NCBI GenBank assembly: GCA_963767925.1
Contig: CAVYGB010000006.1
Location: 380,719-444,718, forward strand
From: an uncultured delta proteobacterium
Lineage (GTDB): Bacteria > Myxococcota_A > Polyangia > Fen-1088
DNA: 64,000 nt
Direction: 5' to 3'
Under the pieces are notes generated by a model, which saw only the letters and a program-made list of their open reading frames with translations, did not search any database and was not told the origin of the DNA. Of this stretch, positions 44,685-57,854 are shown piece by piece; position 1 is the stretch's first letter; every line of letters begins with the position of its first letter. Position numbers and translations under genes: made by a program.

Positions 44685-45103
44685 TGCGACTGTCGGTCAC
44701 CACCCCCCAGGGGGCTCTCGTCGAGGCCGAGGTCGACGAGGTCACGGCGCCGGGCGCGCTCGGCGAGTTCGGGGTCCTGCCCGGGCACGTCCCCTTCCTG
44801 TCGGCCCTGCAGCCCGGCGTCTTCGTCTTCCGCAGCAAGAACGAGAGCCGGGTGCTGGCGGTCAGCGAGGGGGTGCTCGAGGTGGCGCGCGCCGAGGGGG
44901 GCGACAAGGTGATCGTCCTCGTCTCCGATGCCACCCAGGCCGAGGAGATCGACCGGGAGGCCGCCGAGAAGGAGGTCGCCCGCGCCGACAGCGAGCTGGC
45001 GAGCTGGAGCAAGGAGCTCGGCGGCGAATACAAGGCGCTGCTCACCCAGCGGGCCTGGGCCGCCGCCCGCATCGCCGCCGCCACCCGCGTCTCGGTCCAC
45101 TGA
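44684..45103 (+). CDS. atpC: ATP synthase F1 epsilon subunit
   Basis: VTTP...GEFGVLPGH; directly follows atpD. Confidence 0.93.
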
Positions 45104-45104
45104 G

Positions 45105-46232
45105 CTGCGCTTCTTCGTCACCTGTGCCCGGGGGACCGAGGGGCCGCTGCGCCGCGAGCTGGTCGACCTGCGCCTGCGCGGTCCCCGGGGCGACGCCGGG
45201 GGGGTCAGCTTCGAGGGGCAGCTCGAGCACGCCCTGCGGGTCTGCCTCTGGTCGCGGGTGGGCATGCGGGTGCTGCTCGAGCTCGCGAGCTTCGAGGCGG
45301 CCGACGCCGACGCCCTCTACCACGGGACGGCGGCCATCGACTGGCGGGCCCACCTCGACCAGCGCCACACCCTGGCGGTCAGCGCCACCGTGCGCGACAA
45401 CCCGGCGCTGTCACACTCGGGCTTCGCCGCGCTGAAGGTCAAGGACGCGGTGGTCGACGCCCTCCGGGACCGGCTGGGCGCCCGCCCCGACGTCCATCCG
45501 ACCGATCCCGATGTGCGGATCGTCCTGCACCTCGAGGGGAGCCGGGCCCAGCTCTACCTCGATCTGTCGGGCGAGCCGTTGCACCGCCGGGGCTACCGGG
45601 TGGCCATGACCGAGGCGCCGCTCAAGGAGAATCTGGCCGCCGCGGTGCTGGCGCTGAGCGGGGCCGACCCCCAGGCGCCCTTCTGCGATCCCATGGCCGG
45701 GTCGGGCACGCTGGCGATCGAGCAGGCGCTGCGGGCGCGGGGGATCGCCCCCGGGGCCAACCGCCGCTTCGGTTTCGAGCGCTGGCCCGGCAAGGCCGCC
45801 TACCTGCCCGCCTGGCAGGAGCTGCTCGCCAAGGCCCGCGCCGCCGTCCTGCCGCAGGCCCCCGCCCCCATCTTCGCCCGCGACGTCTCGCCGGCCGCGG
45901 TCGAGGTCACCCGCCAGAACGCCGCCGCCGCCGGGGTGGCGGGCGACATCCAGATCGAGGCCGGCGCCCTGGCCCAGCAGCGCCTGCCGGCGGGAGGAGG
46001 CACGATCTGCACCAACCCGCCCTACGGTGAACGGGTCGGCAGCGACGATCGGGCCCTGCAGCCGGTGTACGAAGCGCTGACCGGCCTGTTCACCCGCCAT
46101 CCGGGCTGGCGGGCGGCCGTCCTCTCGGGCAACCCGCTCTTCTCGCGGGTGTTCCTGCGCAAGCCGGACATCACCCACCGCCTCTGGAACGGCCCGCTCG
46201 AGACCCGCCTGCTGGTCTACCCGGCCCGCTGA
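45105..46232 (+). CDS. THUMP-domain class I SAM-dependent RNA methyltransferase (RlmL-like)
   Basis: FFVTCARGTE, LHRRGYR, APLKENLAA, DPMAGSGT, TNPPYGER. No canonical start codon near the homology start. Confidence 0.88.
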   Translation: MRFFVTCARGTEGPLRRELVDLRLRGPRGDAGGVSFEGQLEHALRVCLWSRVGMRVLLELASFEAADADALYHGTAAIDWRAHLDQRHTLAVSATVRDNPALSHSGFAALKVKDAVVDALRDRLGARPDVHPTDPDVRIVLHLEGSRAQLYLDLSGEPLHRRGYRVAMTEAPLKENLAAAVLALSGADPQAPFCDPMAGSGTLAIEQALRARGIAPGANRRFGFERWPGKAAYLPAWQELLAKARAAVLPQAPAPIFARDVSPAAVEVTRQNAAAAGVAGDIQIEAGALAQQRLPAGGGTICTNPPYGERVGSDDRALQPVYEALTGLFTRHPGWRAAVLSGNPLFSRVFLRKPDITHRLWNGPLETRLLVYPAR

Positions 46233-46468
46233 CCGCGGGCCGCGGCGGCAGGGCGCGTGAGAAGACCCTCTCCGGACCGGAGGGACGGAACTTCTCCCGT
46301 TGCTTGCCCGAGCCAACCTGAGGTTGTTCCCGCCCGGCGCGCAGTGCTAGAGATCGACCGGGGTCCGGGGATCCGGCCCTGGCTCCGCCGCTCGCAGGGC
46401 GCTCTCATGTGACCAGACGCACGCAGTGGCGGCCCCAGCTCGAGCAGTCCAACGGAGGAGTCGCGTCC

Positions 46469-48132
<1,664 letters not shown>

Positions 48133-48136
<4 letters not shown>

Positions 48137-48993
48137 CCGGCGGCCGATCGACCGGCCGGATCGCGCGCGCGCTGCTCCTCCTGCTGGCGGTGTCGGTCGG
48201 ACGAGCGGGGCGAGCCGCAGCGGCCGAGCCGGCAGCGGAGGATCGCCCGGCCCCGCAGGAGGATCGCCGCGCGCTCGAGGCGCGGCGGGCGTGCGCCGCC
48301 GGCCGGGTCGAGCAGGGGATCGAGCTGCTGGCGCAGATCATCGCCGAGACCGGCGACGCCAACGCCGTCTACAACCAGGCCCGCTGCTACCAGGGCAACG
48401 GCCGGGCCGAGCAAGCGCTCACCCGGTTTCGCGAGTACCTGCGCATCGCCGGCCCCCTGCTGCCGCGCGAGCGCCAGCGCATACGGCGCTACCTCTTCGA
48501 GCTCGAGCGCGAGGTCGAGGTCCGCGGCAGCCGCCGGGAGGCGTTCCCGCCGCTGCCCGCCCCGCCGGCCCCGGCGCCCGCGCTGCAGCTCCCCGCGGTG
48601 GTCACCGAGACGGCGCCCCCGGTCGTGGTCGCCTCGGGCGCCCCGCGCATGTTGCGGATCGCCGCGGTGACGACCGCCGTCCTCGGCCTGGTGCCCCTCG
48701 GCGGCGCCGTCTACTTCGGCCTGCAGGCCCGGCGCATCGAGGACGAGCTGGAGCAGCGGCGCGCGACGGTCTCCCCCGAAGACTTCGATCGCCAGTTTCG
48801 GGAGGGCCAGCGGGCCACCACCCTGCAGTGGGTCGGCTGCGCCCTCGGCGGCACGATGTTCGCGAGCGCCGGCGTGATGTACCTCCTGTCCCGCCGCGCC
48901 CGCGAGCCCCAGGGGGCCGAGTCGGCAGCGGTGACGATGGCGCCGCTGCTCTCCGCCCGCGGGGCTGGCGCCCTCGTGCGGGGCCGCTTCTGA
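48133..48993 (+). CDS. Exported TPR-containing protein with C-terminal hydrophobic segments
   Basis: Signal peptide; YNQARCY...AEQALTRFREYL TPR; GTGA overlap with the kinase stop. Confidence 0.75.
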
Positions 48994-49038
48994 CCCGCCC
49001 GCTGGCCAGCCCGGCGGCGCAGGCTGTCCGGCTGAAAG

Positions 49039-50226
49039 TTATTCGCCCTGGAGGCGGACGGAGAAGCTGAAGGTCTGGGTGGCGCGCTGGAACTGGGGGA
49101 AGTGAGCTTTGCGGACGGCGTCGAGCAGGCACCGGGCGACCTCGGTGCCGCCGAGCTGGCCGCGGGCGCGCACGGCCTGGGGGGCGCCGCCGTGGCCGGG
49201 GACGTCGAACTCGAGGTCGACCGAGCCGCGGGTCCGGAAGCGGGTGTCGCAGACCCGGAGGCTGGGCTGCACCGGCCGGAGCGCCTGCGTGATCTCGGAG
49301 AAGCCGAGCTTCTCGGGGCGGCCGTCGAGGCCTTCCTTGTCGCGGCCACCCGATGCGGTCCCCGCCGTCATGGGGTCGGGCGCCGCGGTCGCCGCGCCTT
49401 CCTTGCCGGGCTTACCGGGCTTGCCGGCGATCATGCCCGCGGGCTTGCCGTCGCTTTTTCCGTTCTGGGCGACCTGGACGACCGGCTTGCCCTCCGGACC
49501 TGCGGCCTGGCTGGCGGTCGCGGGTCCTGGCTTGCAACCGTCGACGTCCTCGGGCACCTCCACCTTGGCGGTCGAGCGAGGAGAGGAGTAGATGACCTCC
49601 CCCGTGCAGCGGTCGAAGATGCGCGAGGCGACCGGGACGAAGGCGACACCCTTGTGCGCCTTGTAGCTCCAGGACCGGGCGGTCGGCCTGAACACGAACT
49701 CGGCCCGGAGCTGCGGCCGCACCTTGGCCTCCCAGGCCCGCGCCTCGGGGACGCTGTCGAAGCTGACGGTCGCGTCGGCCAGCCGCGAGGCGTTCCCGAA
49801 GCTGGTGGCGTGGGTATCGGGCACCTTGAGCGTGACGAAGCGCTTCTGGCCGCCCGGGACGGCCAGCGGCTTCTCGCAGGTGAGGCAGCCCATCAGGTGG
49901 ACGCGGAAGCCCTTGATGGCGGCGTCGTAGCTCGACACGTTCACCACGTTGGGGCTGTCGACGACGGTCACGTAAGTGCGGCGGGGCAGCTTGTCCTGGA
50001 CGGCCTGCATGCCCCGACAGCGGGCGCGGTCGATCTCCCGCCGGGCCTTGGCGCAGTCGTCGAGGTAGGGCGCCACCAGGGCGTCCAGCTCGGGGGCGGC
50101 CGCCGCGGTCCGGGTCGCCTCCTCGAAGCTGTCGGCGGCGCGGGCCGGCGACGCCTGAACACCCTGCAGCACGCCGAGCCCGCTGCCCAGGACCATCGCA
50201 AACCAACCTCGCACTGCACCCGACAT
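49039..50226 (-). CDS. Exported hypothetical protein with a C-terminal TonB-C/AgmX-like domain
   Basis: Signal peptide, paired Cys, low-complexity linker, C-terminal ...LRVC...GSVDLEFDV...RCLLDAVRKAHFP. Confidence 0.6.
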   Translation of the reverse strand: MSGAVRGWFAMVLGSGLGVLQGVQASPARAADSFEEATRTAAAAPELDALVAPYLDDCAKARREIDRARCRGMQAVQDKLPRRTYVTVVDSPNVVNVSSYDAAIKGFRVHLMGCLTCEKPLAVPGGQKRFVTLKVPDTHATSFGNASRLADATVSFDSVPEARAWEAKVRPQLRAEFVFRPTARSWSYKAHKGVAFVPVASRIFDRCTGEVIYSSPRSTAKVEVPEDVDGCKPGPATASQAAGPEGKPVVQVAQNGKSDGKPAGMIAGKPGKPGKEGAATAAPDPMTAGTASGGRDKEGLDGRPEKLGFSEITQALRPVQPSLRVCDTRFRTRGSVDLEFDVPGHGGAPQAVRARGQLGGTEVARCLLDAVRKAHFPQFQRATQTFSFSVRLQGE

Positions 50227-50304
50227 CGTTTTCCCCCTGCTGAAAAGGGATACTTCATCCGACCTGCGCCGGCCACTTTCCGACGCACTCCGTACCGCCC
50301 GGGC

Positions 50305-51096
50305 TCAGGGCGTGGGTGACGCTGGCGCCGCTGGCGCGGCCGGGGCCGCTGGCTCCGGCGCGGGCGCAGTGGGCGGCGCCGGCTCCGACGCGGGCGCCGC
50401 CGGGGCCGCCGCCGCAGGCGGTCCCGTGTTGCCGCCGCCAGGCGTCAGCGCGAGCCCGTCGAGCAGGTTCTGGAGCTGGACCTGCATGTTGCTGAGGTTG
50501 TGGCAGTAGCGCCCGATGTCCTGCTCGTAAGGGACGCGGGCCACCACGCCCAGCAAGACATCCTGCTTCTTGCCGCCCACCAGGATGGTGCGCCAGCCGG
50601 GCCGGCTCACGATATCGAAGGGCTCCTCGGCGGCGCCGGCGATCGTGTACTTCTTCCGGAGCGTGTCGCACTCGGGTGGCTGCTCGGGCACGCGCAGGTG
50701 GCGCGCCAGCTCCAGCGTGGCCTCGTTCTGGAGGAGCTGGGCCGCCGTCTCGCTGGCGTTGCCCGCGCCGGGTGGCTCGGGCCAGGCGTAGATCCGGACC
50801 TCGACGTCGGCCTGGACCGCCTCGTAGTTCTCCTGCCGCCCCTGCATGGCGCCCGAGCCCTCGTCGATGATGGCCTCGCCGTAGTTCTTGATGATGACCG
50901 TCGTGGGCTCGCCATCTTTGAGCCCCACCGACTTCACTTCCCAGTAGTCGGGGTGCGAGAGCGTGTAGTGGCTCGTCCGCACCTGCTTCTGGGCGGCGAC
51001 ACAGCCGATCGAGCCGACGCCGAGCGCGAGGACGACGAGAACACCCAGCGCGCGAAGGACCTGACTAGCGAACGACGATCCGGGCGGAAGAGTCAT
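50305..51096 (-). CDS. Hypothetical lipoprotein
   Basis: Hydrophobic leader ending SIGC; core-like codon usage; Pro/Ala tail. Confidence 0.65.
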   Translation of the reverse strand: MTLPPGSSFASQVLRALGVLVVLALGVGSIGCVAAQKQVRTSHYTLSHPDYWEVKSVGLKDGEPTTVIIKNYGEAIIDEGSGAMQGRQENYEAVQADVEVRIYAWPEPPGAGNASETAAQLLQNEATLELARHLRVPEQPPECDTLRKKYTIAGAAEEPFDIVSRPGWRTILVGGKKQDVLLGVVARVPYEQDIGRYCHNLSNMQVQLQNLLDGLALTPGGGNTGPPAAAAPAAPASEPAPPTAPAPEPAAPAAPAAPASPTP

Positions 51097-51120
51097 GGGA
51101 GCTCCTTGCGCGCCCCATAC

Positions 51121-51600
51121 TCACATCCCGCTGAGAAATTTCCACTTGTCTTTTCCGTTCCGCTCGAGCACGAACCGGTGGTAGTCCCCGACCCGCCGGT
51201 AACGATCGCCCGACTCGGCGATGAGCTCGAAGGCGCCGCTCAGGTAGACCTCGACCTCGGCCCGGGTGCCGTCGACCCGCACCGAGCGGTACTGCACGTC
51301 GTAGCGGACCGACTTGAGCCGGGCCAGCGACTTGCTGAGCACGTATTTCAGGCCGTCGTATCCGTAGTCGTCCTCGGCGGTGGGCGTCCCCGAGTCCTCG
51401 AAGTACCGATCGGAGGCCAGGAACAGCAGGCCCTCGACGTTCCGCTCGATGAGCCGCAGGCGGTACTGCTCGATGACCTCGAGCACGGCGCGGTTGTCCG
51501 GACTGTCGGTGACGGTGGTGCCGGCCAGCGTGCTCTGGTGAGCACAGCTAGCCGGGAGCAGCAGGAACAGCAGAGCGAAGCCGAGCGCGGTATCTCGCAT
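51121..51600 (-). CDS. Lipoprotein with NTF2/DUF4440-like domain
   Basis: MRDTALGFALLFLLLPASC lipobox; YRLRLIERNVEGLLFLASDRY...WKFLSGM. Confidence 0.7.
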   Translation of the reverse strand: MRDTALGFALLFLLLPASCAHQSTLAGTTVTDSPDNRAVLEVIEQYRLRLIERNVEGLLFLASDRYFEDSGTPTAEDDYGYDGLKYVLSKSLARLKSVRYDVQYRSVRVDGTRAEVEVYLSGAFELIAESGDRYRRVGDYHRFVLERNGKDKWKFLSGM

Positions 51601-51734
51601 GACCGATCCGTAGGCCTTAGCATCAATCGTTCCAGGGAAAAAGGGGCAGCGCCCGGCCACCCTGACGACCACCTGCGACGCGACGGCGGCGGGGACCGCG
51701 ACCCCCTGCCAATTTGGCAAGTGCCCCCCGCTGC

Positions 51735-51845
51735 GTCGAGCGCACCCAGCGCAACGCTCCTGGCCGGACCGACGCCCACGAGCCGCCGGTGTTCTACCGG
51801 GCCTTCAAGAGATGGACAGGGACGACGCCGCAGGGCTGGCGGGGC
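51735..51845 (+). pseudogene. AraC-family HTH remnant
   Basis: EPPVFYRAFKRWTGTTPQGWR matches the last helix region of AraC; upstream VERTQR resembles the first HTH. Confidence 0.6.
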
Positions 51846-52009
51846 CGGCGAGGCGTCGAAGTCGGTGTGTTCGTCCATGGCCCGAGCGTGCCCCAAATGC
51901 CGCCCGGCGCTGGTGATCGCGGGCGCCGTCTCGACTGACTTTCGGTGCCAGCCCTAGATCCTTCCCCTCGTCGGCCCCGCCCTGGCGCCGCACGGCCGGC
52001 CGGCTTCAG

Positions 52010-52430
52010 TCGATGGAGTTTCTCATCGGGCGCAGCCTGACCAACAACATCGTCAACATGGGGCTGGAGACGTTCGTGCGCGACGACCTGCAGTCCGACC
52101 GGCAGGACTGGCGGACCCTGGCCGAGGAGGAGCCCGACGCCGGGCTGGGCAACGGCGGCCTGGGCCGGCTGGCCGCCTGCTTCGTCGACTCGCTGGCCAC
52201 CCTGGAGATCCCCGCGGTCGGCTACGGCCTGCGCTACGAGCACGGCATGTTTCGCCAGATCATCGAGGGCGGACGCCAGCAGGAGCGGCCCGACAACTGG
52301 CTCCGCCACCCCGACCCCTGGGAGGTCCCTCGCCCGCGCAAGGGCCAGGAGGTCGAGCTGGCCATCGGCGTGCTCCAGCGCGGCGGCGAGCTCTTCCTGA
52401 CCCCCGGCCGGCGCACCACCTTGCTCGGAC
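52010..52430 (+). pseudogene. glgP: Internal fragment of glycogen/alpha-glucan phosphorylase
   Basis: [46 protein letters not shown]; only about 140 aa of a roughly 800-aa enzyme. Confidence 0.88.
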
Positions 52431-52490
52431 CTCCACCCCGATGAGCACGAAGAAGGCCGGGATGGCGAGCACCACCGGACCGAGCGCCAT
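52425..52490 (-). pseudogene. N-terminal stub resembling a sterol desaturase/fatty acid hydroxylase family protein
   Basis: [20 protein letters not shown], cut off at the glgP fragment. Confidence 0.45.
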
Positions 52491-52521
52491 CTCCGGAGGT
52501 CAGCGCCCGGGCGGGCCGGGG

Positions 52522-53256
52522 TCAGGGACAACCGGGCGAACGGCCGTCGCTCGGGCCGCCCCGACCATCGACGAGGACGAGCGCCGGGCGCTCGAGCAGC
52601 AGGCTGCGGACGAAGCGCCACTGCAGGAAGATCCCGGCCATGACCGCGAGGTGGAAGACCTCGTGGGGGCCCACCCAGTTTGGGATGACCACGGGGACGC
52701 CGAGGGGTTGCCCCAGGGCCCCGGCGGTGAAGAGGACGCCGCACCCGATCAGGGGGCGGACCGCCGTGAAGCCGAGGTCACGCCCGAGCTTCATGATGGA
52801 GGCGATACCGATCCAGCCCATCCCGAGGTAGAGGGCCAGCCCCGGCCAGCGGCTGAAGACGTCGAACCACAGCACCTGCAGGGCCACCCCCACCAGGGCG
52901 TAGGTCCACACGATGGCGAGGATGCCCCAGCGCCAGAACCCCCGACAGGCGATGAAATGGACGACGGTGAAGGCGGCGGCGATGAGGAACCAGATCGCGT
53001 AGTGGTCCAGCCGCTGCAGCAGGAGGCGGGTGGCGCCCCCGTGCTCCTGCGCGTGGAAGATGCCGCTGATGCCGAGGCAGGCGACGACCCCGAAGGCGTA
53101 GAGGGTCAGGACCGCCGTCCGGAGCCGGTCGCGCCCGAGGGCCACCAGCGGGGCGGCGCCGAAGAGGGCCGCCACCGAGGCGCCGAGATGGGTCATCGAG
53201 CTGACGGGCTCGCAGGGGGCGCGCAACCCATCCACCAACGCCTGAAGGACACCCAT
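52522..53256 (-). CDS. Hemolysin III / PAQR (TrhA-like) membrane protein
   Basis: EPVSSMTH, SGIFH, LDHYAIWFLIA, YLGMGW, HEVFHL. Confidence 0.9.
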   Translation of the reverse strand: MGVLQALVDGLRAPCEPVSSMTHLGASVAALFGAAPLVALGRDRLRTAVLTLYAFGVVACLGISGIFHAQEHGGATRLLLQRLDHYAIWFLIAAAFTVVHFIACRGFWRWGILAIVWTYALVGVALQVLWFDVFSRWPGLALYLGMGWIGIASIMKLGRDLGFTAVRPLIGCGVLFTAGALGQPLGVPVVIPNWVGPHEVFHLAVMAGIFLQWRFVRSLLLERPALVLVDGRGGPSDGRSPGCP

Positions 53257-53409
53257 GCCAGCCCTGGTCCTTCGGCCGGTTCCCCTCCCGGCTTTACCGA
53301 GGGCGGGGGTCCGATTCCGGAGGCCGGGCGCCGGAAATTCAGCCGCGGGAGGACGGCGGGCAGAGGGCGCGGGCCGACGGCCCGGCGGAGGCGGGCGGGC
53401 GAGCCGGGG

Positions 53410-54309
53410 TCAGGCGCCGAGGAGGCGGTCCATGTTGGCGCGCTCCCAGCCGGCGGCGCGCTCGTAGTCGCGGAAGGTGCGCTCCTCGGCCAGGAACTCC
53501 TTGGAGTGGAAGCAGCGCCGGTCGCCCTTCCGCACCACGGCGTGTTTGCCGTGCAGCATCTCGTGAAAGACGATCCAGGCGACGAAGTACTCCGGCACCG
53601 AGGGGTGGTCGAGCACGGGATGGATGCGGATGATCCGGTCCTCGACCGCGAAGCTGCCCATCTTGATCGACCGTCGGGGCAGGCGGCGGCGGGGGGCGGC
53701 CCCCCAGGTGATGCGGGCGTCGAGGCGGCCGGCGAAGTACTCGACCCTGAGGCGCTCGAAGATGGCTTGCAGGTCGTGGGCCCGGCCGGCGGTGCGCATG
53801 ACCACCCGGCGCGCCCGGCGTGGCCGCCGCGGGATGACGTGCTGGTTCTTCTCGATGAACGCGCCGATGACGGCCGAGGCGCGGGGGTCGTTGTGGACCA
53901 CGTAGCGGGCCAGGGCCCGCACCAGGGTGGGGTCGGCCCCGGCGAACATCCGGTGGACCCGGACGGCGTAGGCGGCGGAGCCCCGGCGCACGGTCACCAT
54001 GGTGTACCGGTTGTCGGTCAGCTTGAGCCGGAGGCCCCGGCCGGGGGGGAGCTGGGCGGCCAGGGAGCGCTCGAGCCGCAGCTCCTCGCCGGGCCGCTCG
54101 ACCGCGGCCACCGACACGCGAGGGGCGGAGGCGCGTCGCAGGCCCCGCCGGGACTCCCGGGTTCCGGCCGCGCGGGCGCCGGGCGGCCGGGCGAAGGGGA
54201 AGGCGAGCTGATCGTCTGCGACCCCGGTCACGACCCCCGGTTCGGCGGGAGCGACCTGGGGGGAGTCGTGGACGCGCTGGGCGGCCGAACCGCGCTTCCT
54301 CCCATCCAT
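53410..54309 (-). CDS. SprT-like / M48-like zinc metallopeptidase-domain protein
   Basis: ITWG, IRIHPVLD, FHEMLH (HEXXH), FHSKEF. Start is uncertain. Confidence 0.8.
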   Translation of the reverse strand: MDGRKRGSAAQRVHDSPQVAPAEPGVVTGVADDQLAFPFARPPGARAAGTRESRRGLRRASAPRVSVAAVERPGEELRLERSLAAQLPPGRGLRLKLTDNRYTMVTVRRGSAAYAVRVHRMFAGADPTLVRALARYVVHNDPRASAVIGAFIEKNQHVIPRRPRRARRVVMRTAGRAHDLQAIFERLRVEYFAGRLDARITWGAAPRRRLPRRSIKMGSFAVEDRIIRIHPVLDHPSVPEYFVAWIVFHEMLHGKHAVVRKGDRRCFHSKEFLAEERTFRDYERAAGWERANMDRLLGA

Positions 54310-54482
54310 GAGGATTTCAGTTTCTAACACCGTGAGGTTCTTGCCGGCAGGTTTGTGAGGGGAAGCTTGCATGGGTAGGTGGGCTCTGAGGGGCGTTTCT
54401 CTTCGCTCTGCGGCGTAAATGCTATCAACCCTGTCGCAAGGTGGGCAAGTTCCCTAGGGCTTCGCAGATATTTGACTTTTCC

Positions 54483-54491
54483 TGTGGATAA
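54483..54491 (-). promoter_or_regulatory. Consensus DnaA box
   Basis: TGTGGATAA (TTATCCACA on the minus strand) in an AT-richer divergent intergenic region, just after TTGACT. Confidence 0.4.
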
Positions 54492-54686
54492 AACGCCCGT
54501 CGAGAACCGGGCGGCGACGGGGGCGCCGCATCGACTTACGTAAACTTACATGTAGGAGATCGTAGGAGACCCAGCACGGTTCGTGGGTCGAAGCAAGAAG
54601 TCGTCTCCCGGCCGATGGCCAGCCTGCGGAGGCCGGAGGCGCCTGGGGACTGGGCAGTCGGGCCGCCCGGGACTAGAACCGCTGCC

Positions 54687-55352
54687 GTGCAGGTGGATGT
54701 GCTCTTCTTCGCGGTGCTGCGCGAGCGCTCCGGGCGCGAGCGCGAGACGCTGGATCTCCCGGACGGCGCGACGGTGGCGGCCTTGCTCGCGCATCTGGGC
54801 GCCCGGCAGGCGGCCCTGGCCGGCCTCGAGGGGCGCATCCAGGTCGCGGTCAACCGGCAGATCGTGCCCCGCACCCACGTGCTGGCGGCGGGCGACGAGG
54901 TGGCGCTGATCCCCCCGGTGTCGGGGGGAGGTGAGCCCCGGCGGATCGCGGTGACCGACGAGCGGCTGTCGCTCGACGAGGTCGCGCGGGCGGTGGAGGG
55001 GGCCAGCCAGGGTGGCATCGTGACCTTCACCGGGCAGGTCCGCCGCCAGGGGGCGGTACCCGACGTGACCCGCCTGGAGTACGAGGCTTACGTGCCGATG
55101 GCCGAGGAGGTGCTGGCCGCCATCGCCCGCGAGATCCAGGTCGAGTACCCGGGCGTGCAGGTGGCCATCCACCACCGCATCGGCACCCTCGCGGTCGGCG
55201 AGACCGCCGTGATCATCGCCGCCTCCGCCCCCCACCGGGCCGAGGCCTTCGCCGCCTGCCGGGTCGCCATCGAGCGCCTCAAGCAGCGCGCCCCGATCTG
55301 GAAAAAGGAGATCGGCGAGAGCGGCGCCGAGTGGGTGGGGATGGGGCCCTAG
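54687..55352 (+). CDS. moaE: Fused molybdopterin synthase MoaD-MoaE
   Basis: VLFFAVLRE...VALIPPVSGG (MoaD) followed by LEYEAY...HRIG...SAPHR...APIWKKE (MoaE); equivalent to moaX. Confidence 0.92.
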   Translation: MQVDVLFFAVLRERSGRERETLDLPDGATVAALLAHLGARQAALAGLEGRIQVAVNRQIVPRTHVLAAGDEVALIPPVSGGGEPRRIAVTDERLSLDEVARAVEGASQGGIVTFTGQVRRQGAVPDVTRLEYEAYVPMAEEVLAAIAREIQVEYPGVQVAIHHRIGTLAVGETAVIIAASAPHRAEAFAACRVAIERLKQRAPIWKKEIGESGAEWVGMGP

Positions 55353-55382
55353 CCCCCTGAAACGGAGCCAGCGGGCCGGCGA

Positions 55383-57320
<1,938 letters not shown>

Positions 57321-57330
57321 CGGCGACTAT

Positions 57331-57663
57331 GAAAAAAGAACGCGTCGGCGCCCCTGAGGCTGACGCGAATGTCAGAGTGCATGGGATAGGTTTGTTAGAT
57401 GCCCGACCACCTGTAACACGGAAACATCAGGATTTCAAAGAGATTGGCCCGAAACCGGGTCCCCCTGAAGGTGGGCACGCCGCTTGCTGATGTGGAGAGT
57501 AGCGGCGACGAACGGCAGTTATCACCGGACGTTGCTCCTCCTCCCACTTGAAAAAGCTTACAGGCCCCACGAATTTTCCATAGCCCAGCCTATCCTTTCC
57601 TTAGCTTGACGTGTAATTGACGAAGCCTCCCCGACCACTGGTCGCGGAGGCTTCGTCGTTTTT
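57331..57663. ncRNA. Candidate structured RNA (rng leader or divergent sRNA)
   Basis: At least five stems including a long-range GGATAGG/CCTATCC helix; terminator-like hairpins at both ends. Confidence 0.55.
57619..57663 (+). terminator. Intrinsic terminator-like hairpin
   Basis: GACGAAGCCTCC/GGAGGCTTCGTC 12-bp stem with inner CGACC/GGTCG, followed by TTTTT. Confidence 0.75.
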
Positions 57664-57854
57664 GTCCTGGTTGTAGTGCGGACTACAGGAAAATCGACCA
57701 GGGCTGCTCCCGAGGCCGGAAGATTTGCGCAAGATCGGCGCAAGATCGAGGGAAGACCGGCGCGAGACCGGCGGATGATCGCGGTCGGCCGGCCTCGCGG
57801 ACGCTGCGACCGGCGCCCGCGCAGGTGATCCGGGCGGCCGCGGCGGCCCCGGCG

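Noticed and set aside
54687..55352. MoaD-MoaE fusion as a novelty
   Set aside because: Known architecture (MoaX).
57430..57480. Resemblance to T-box (AGAGA, AAGGTGGGCAC) or SAM-I (TCAAAGAG..TGGCCCG) riboswitches
   Set aside because: Only short word matches; consensus spacing is missing and there is no downstream gene on that strand.
57384..57595. Retron msr/msd (a1/a2-like inverted repeat)
   Set aside because: No reverse transcriptase in the window.
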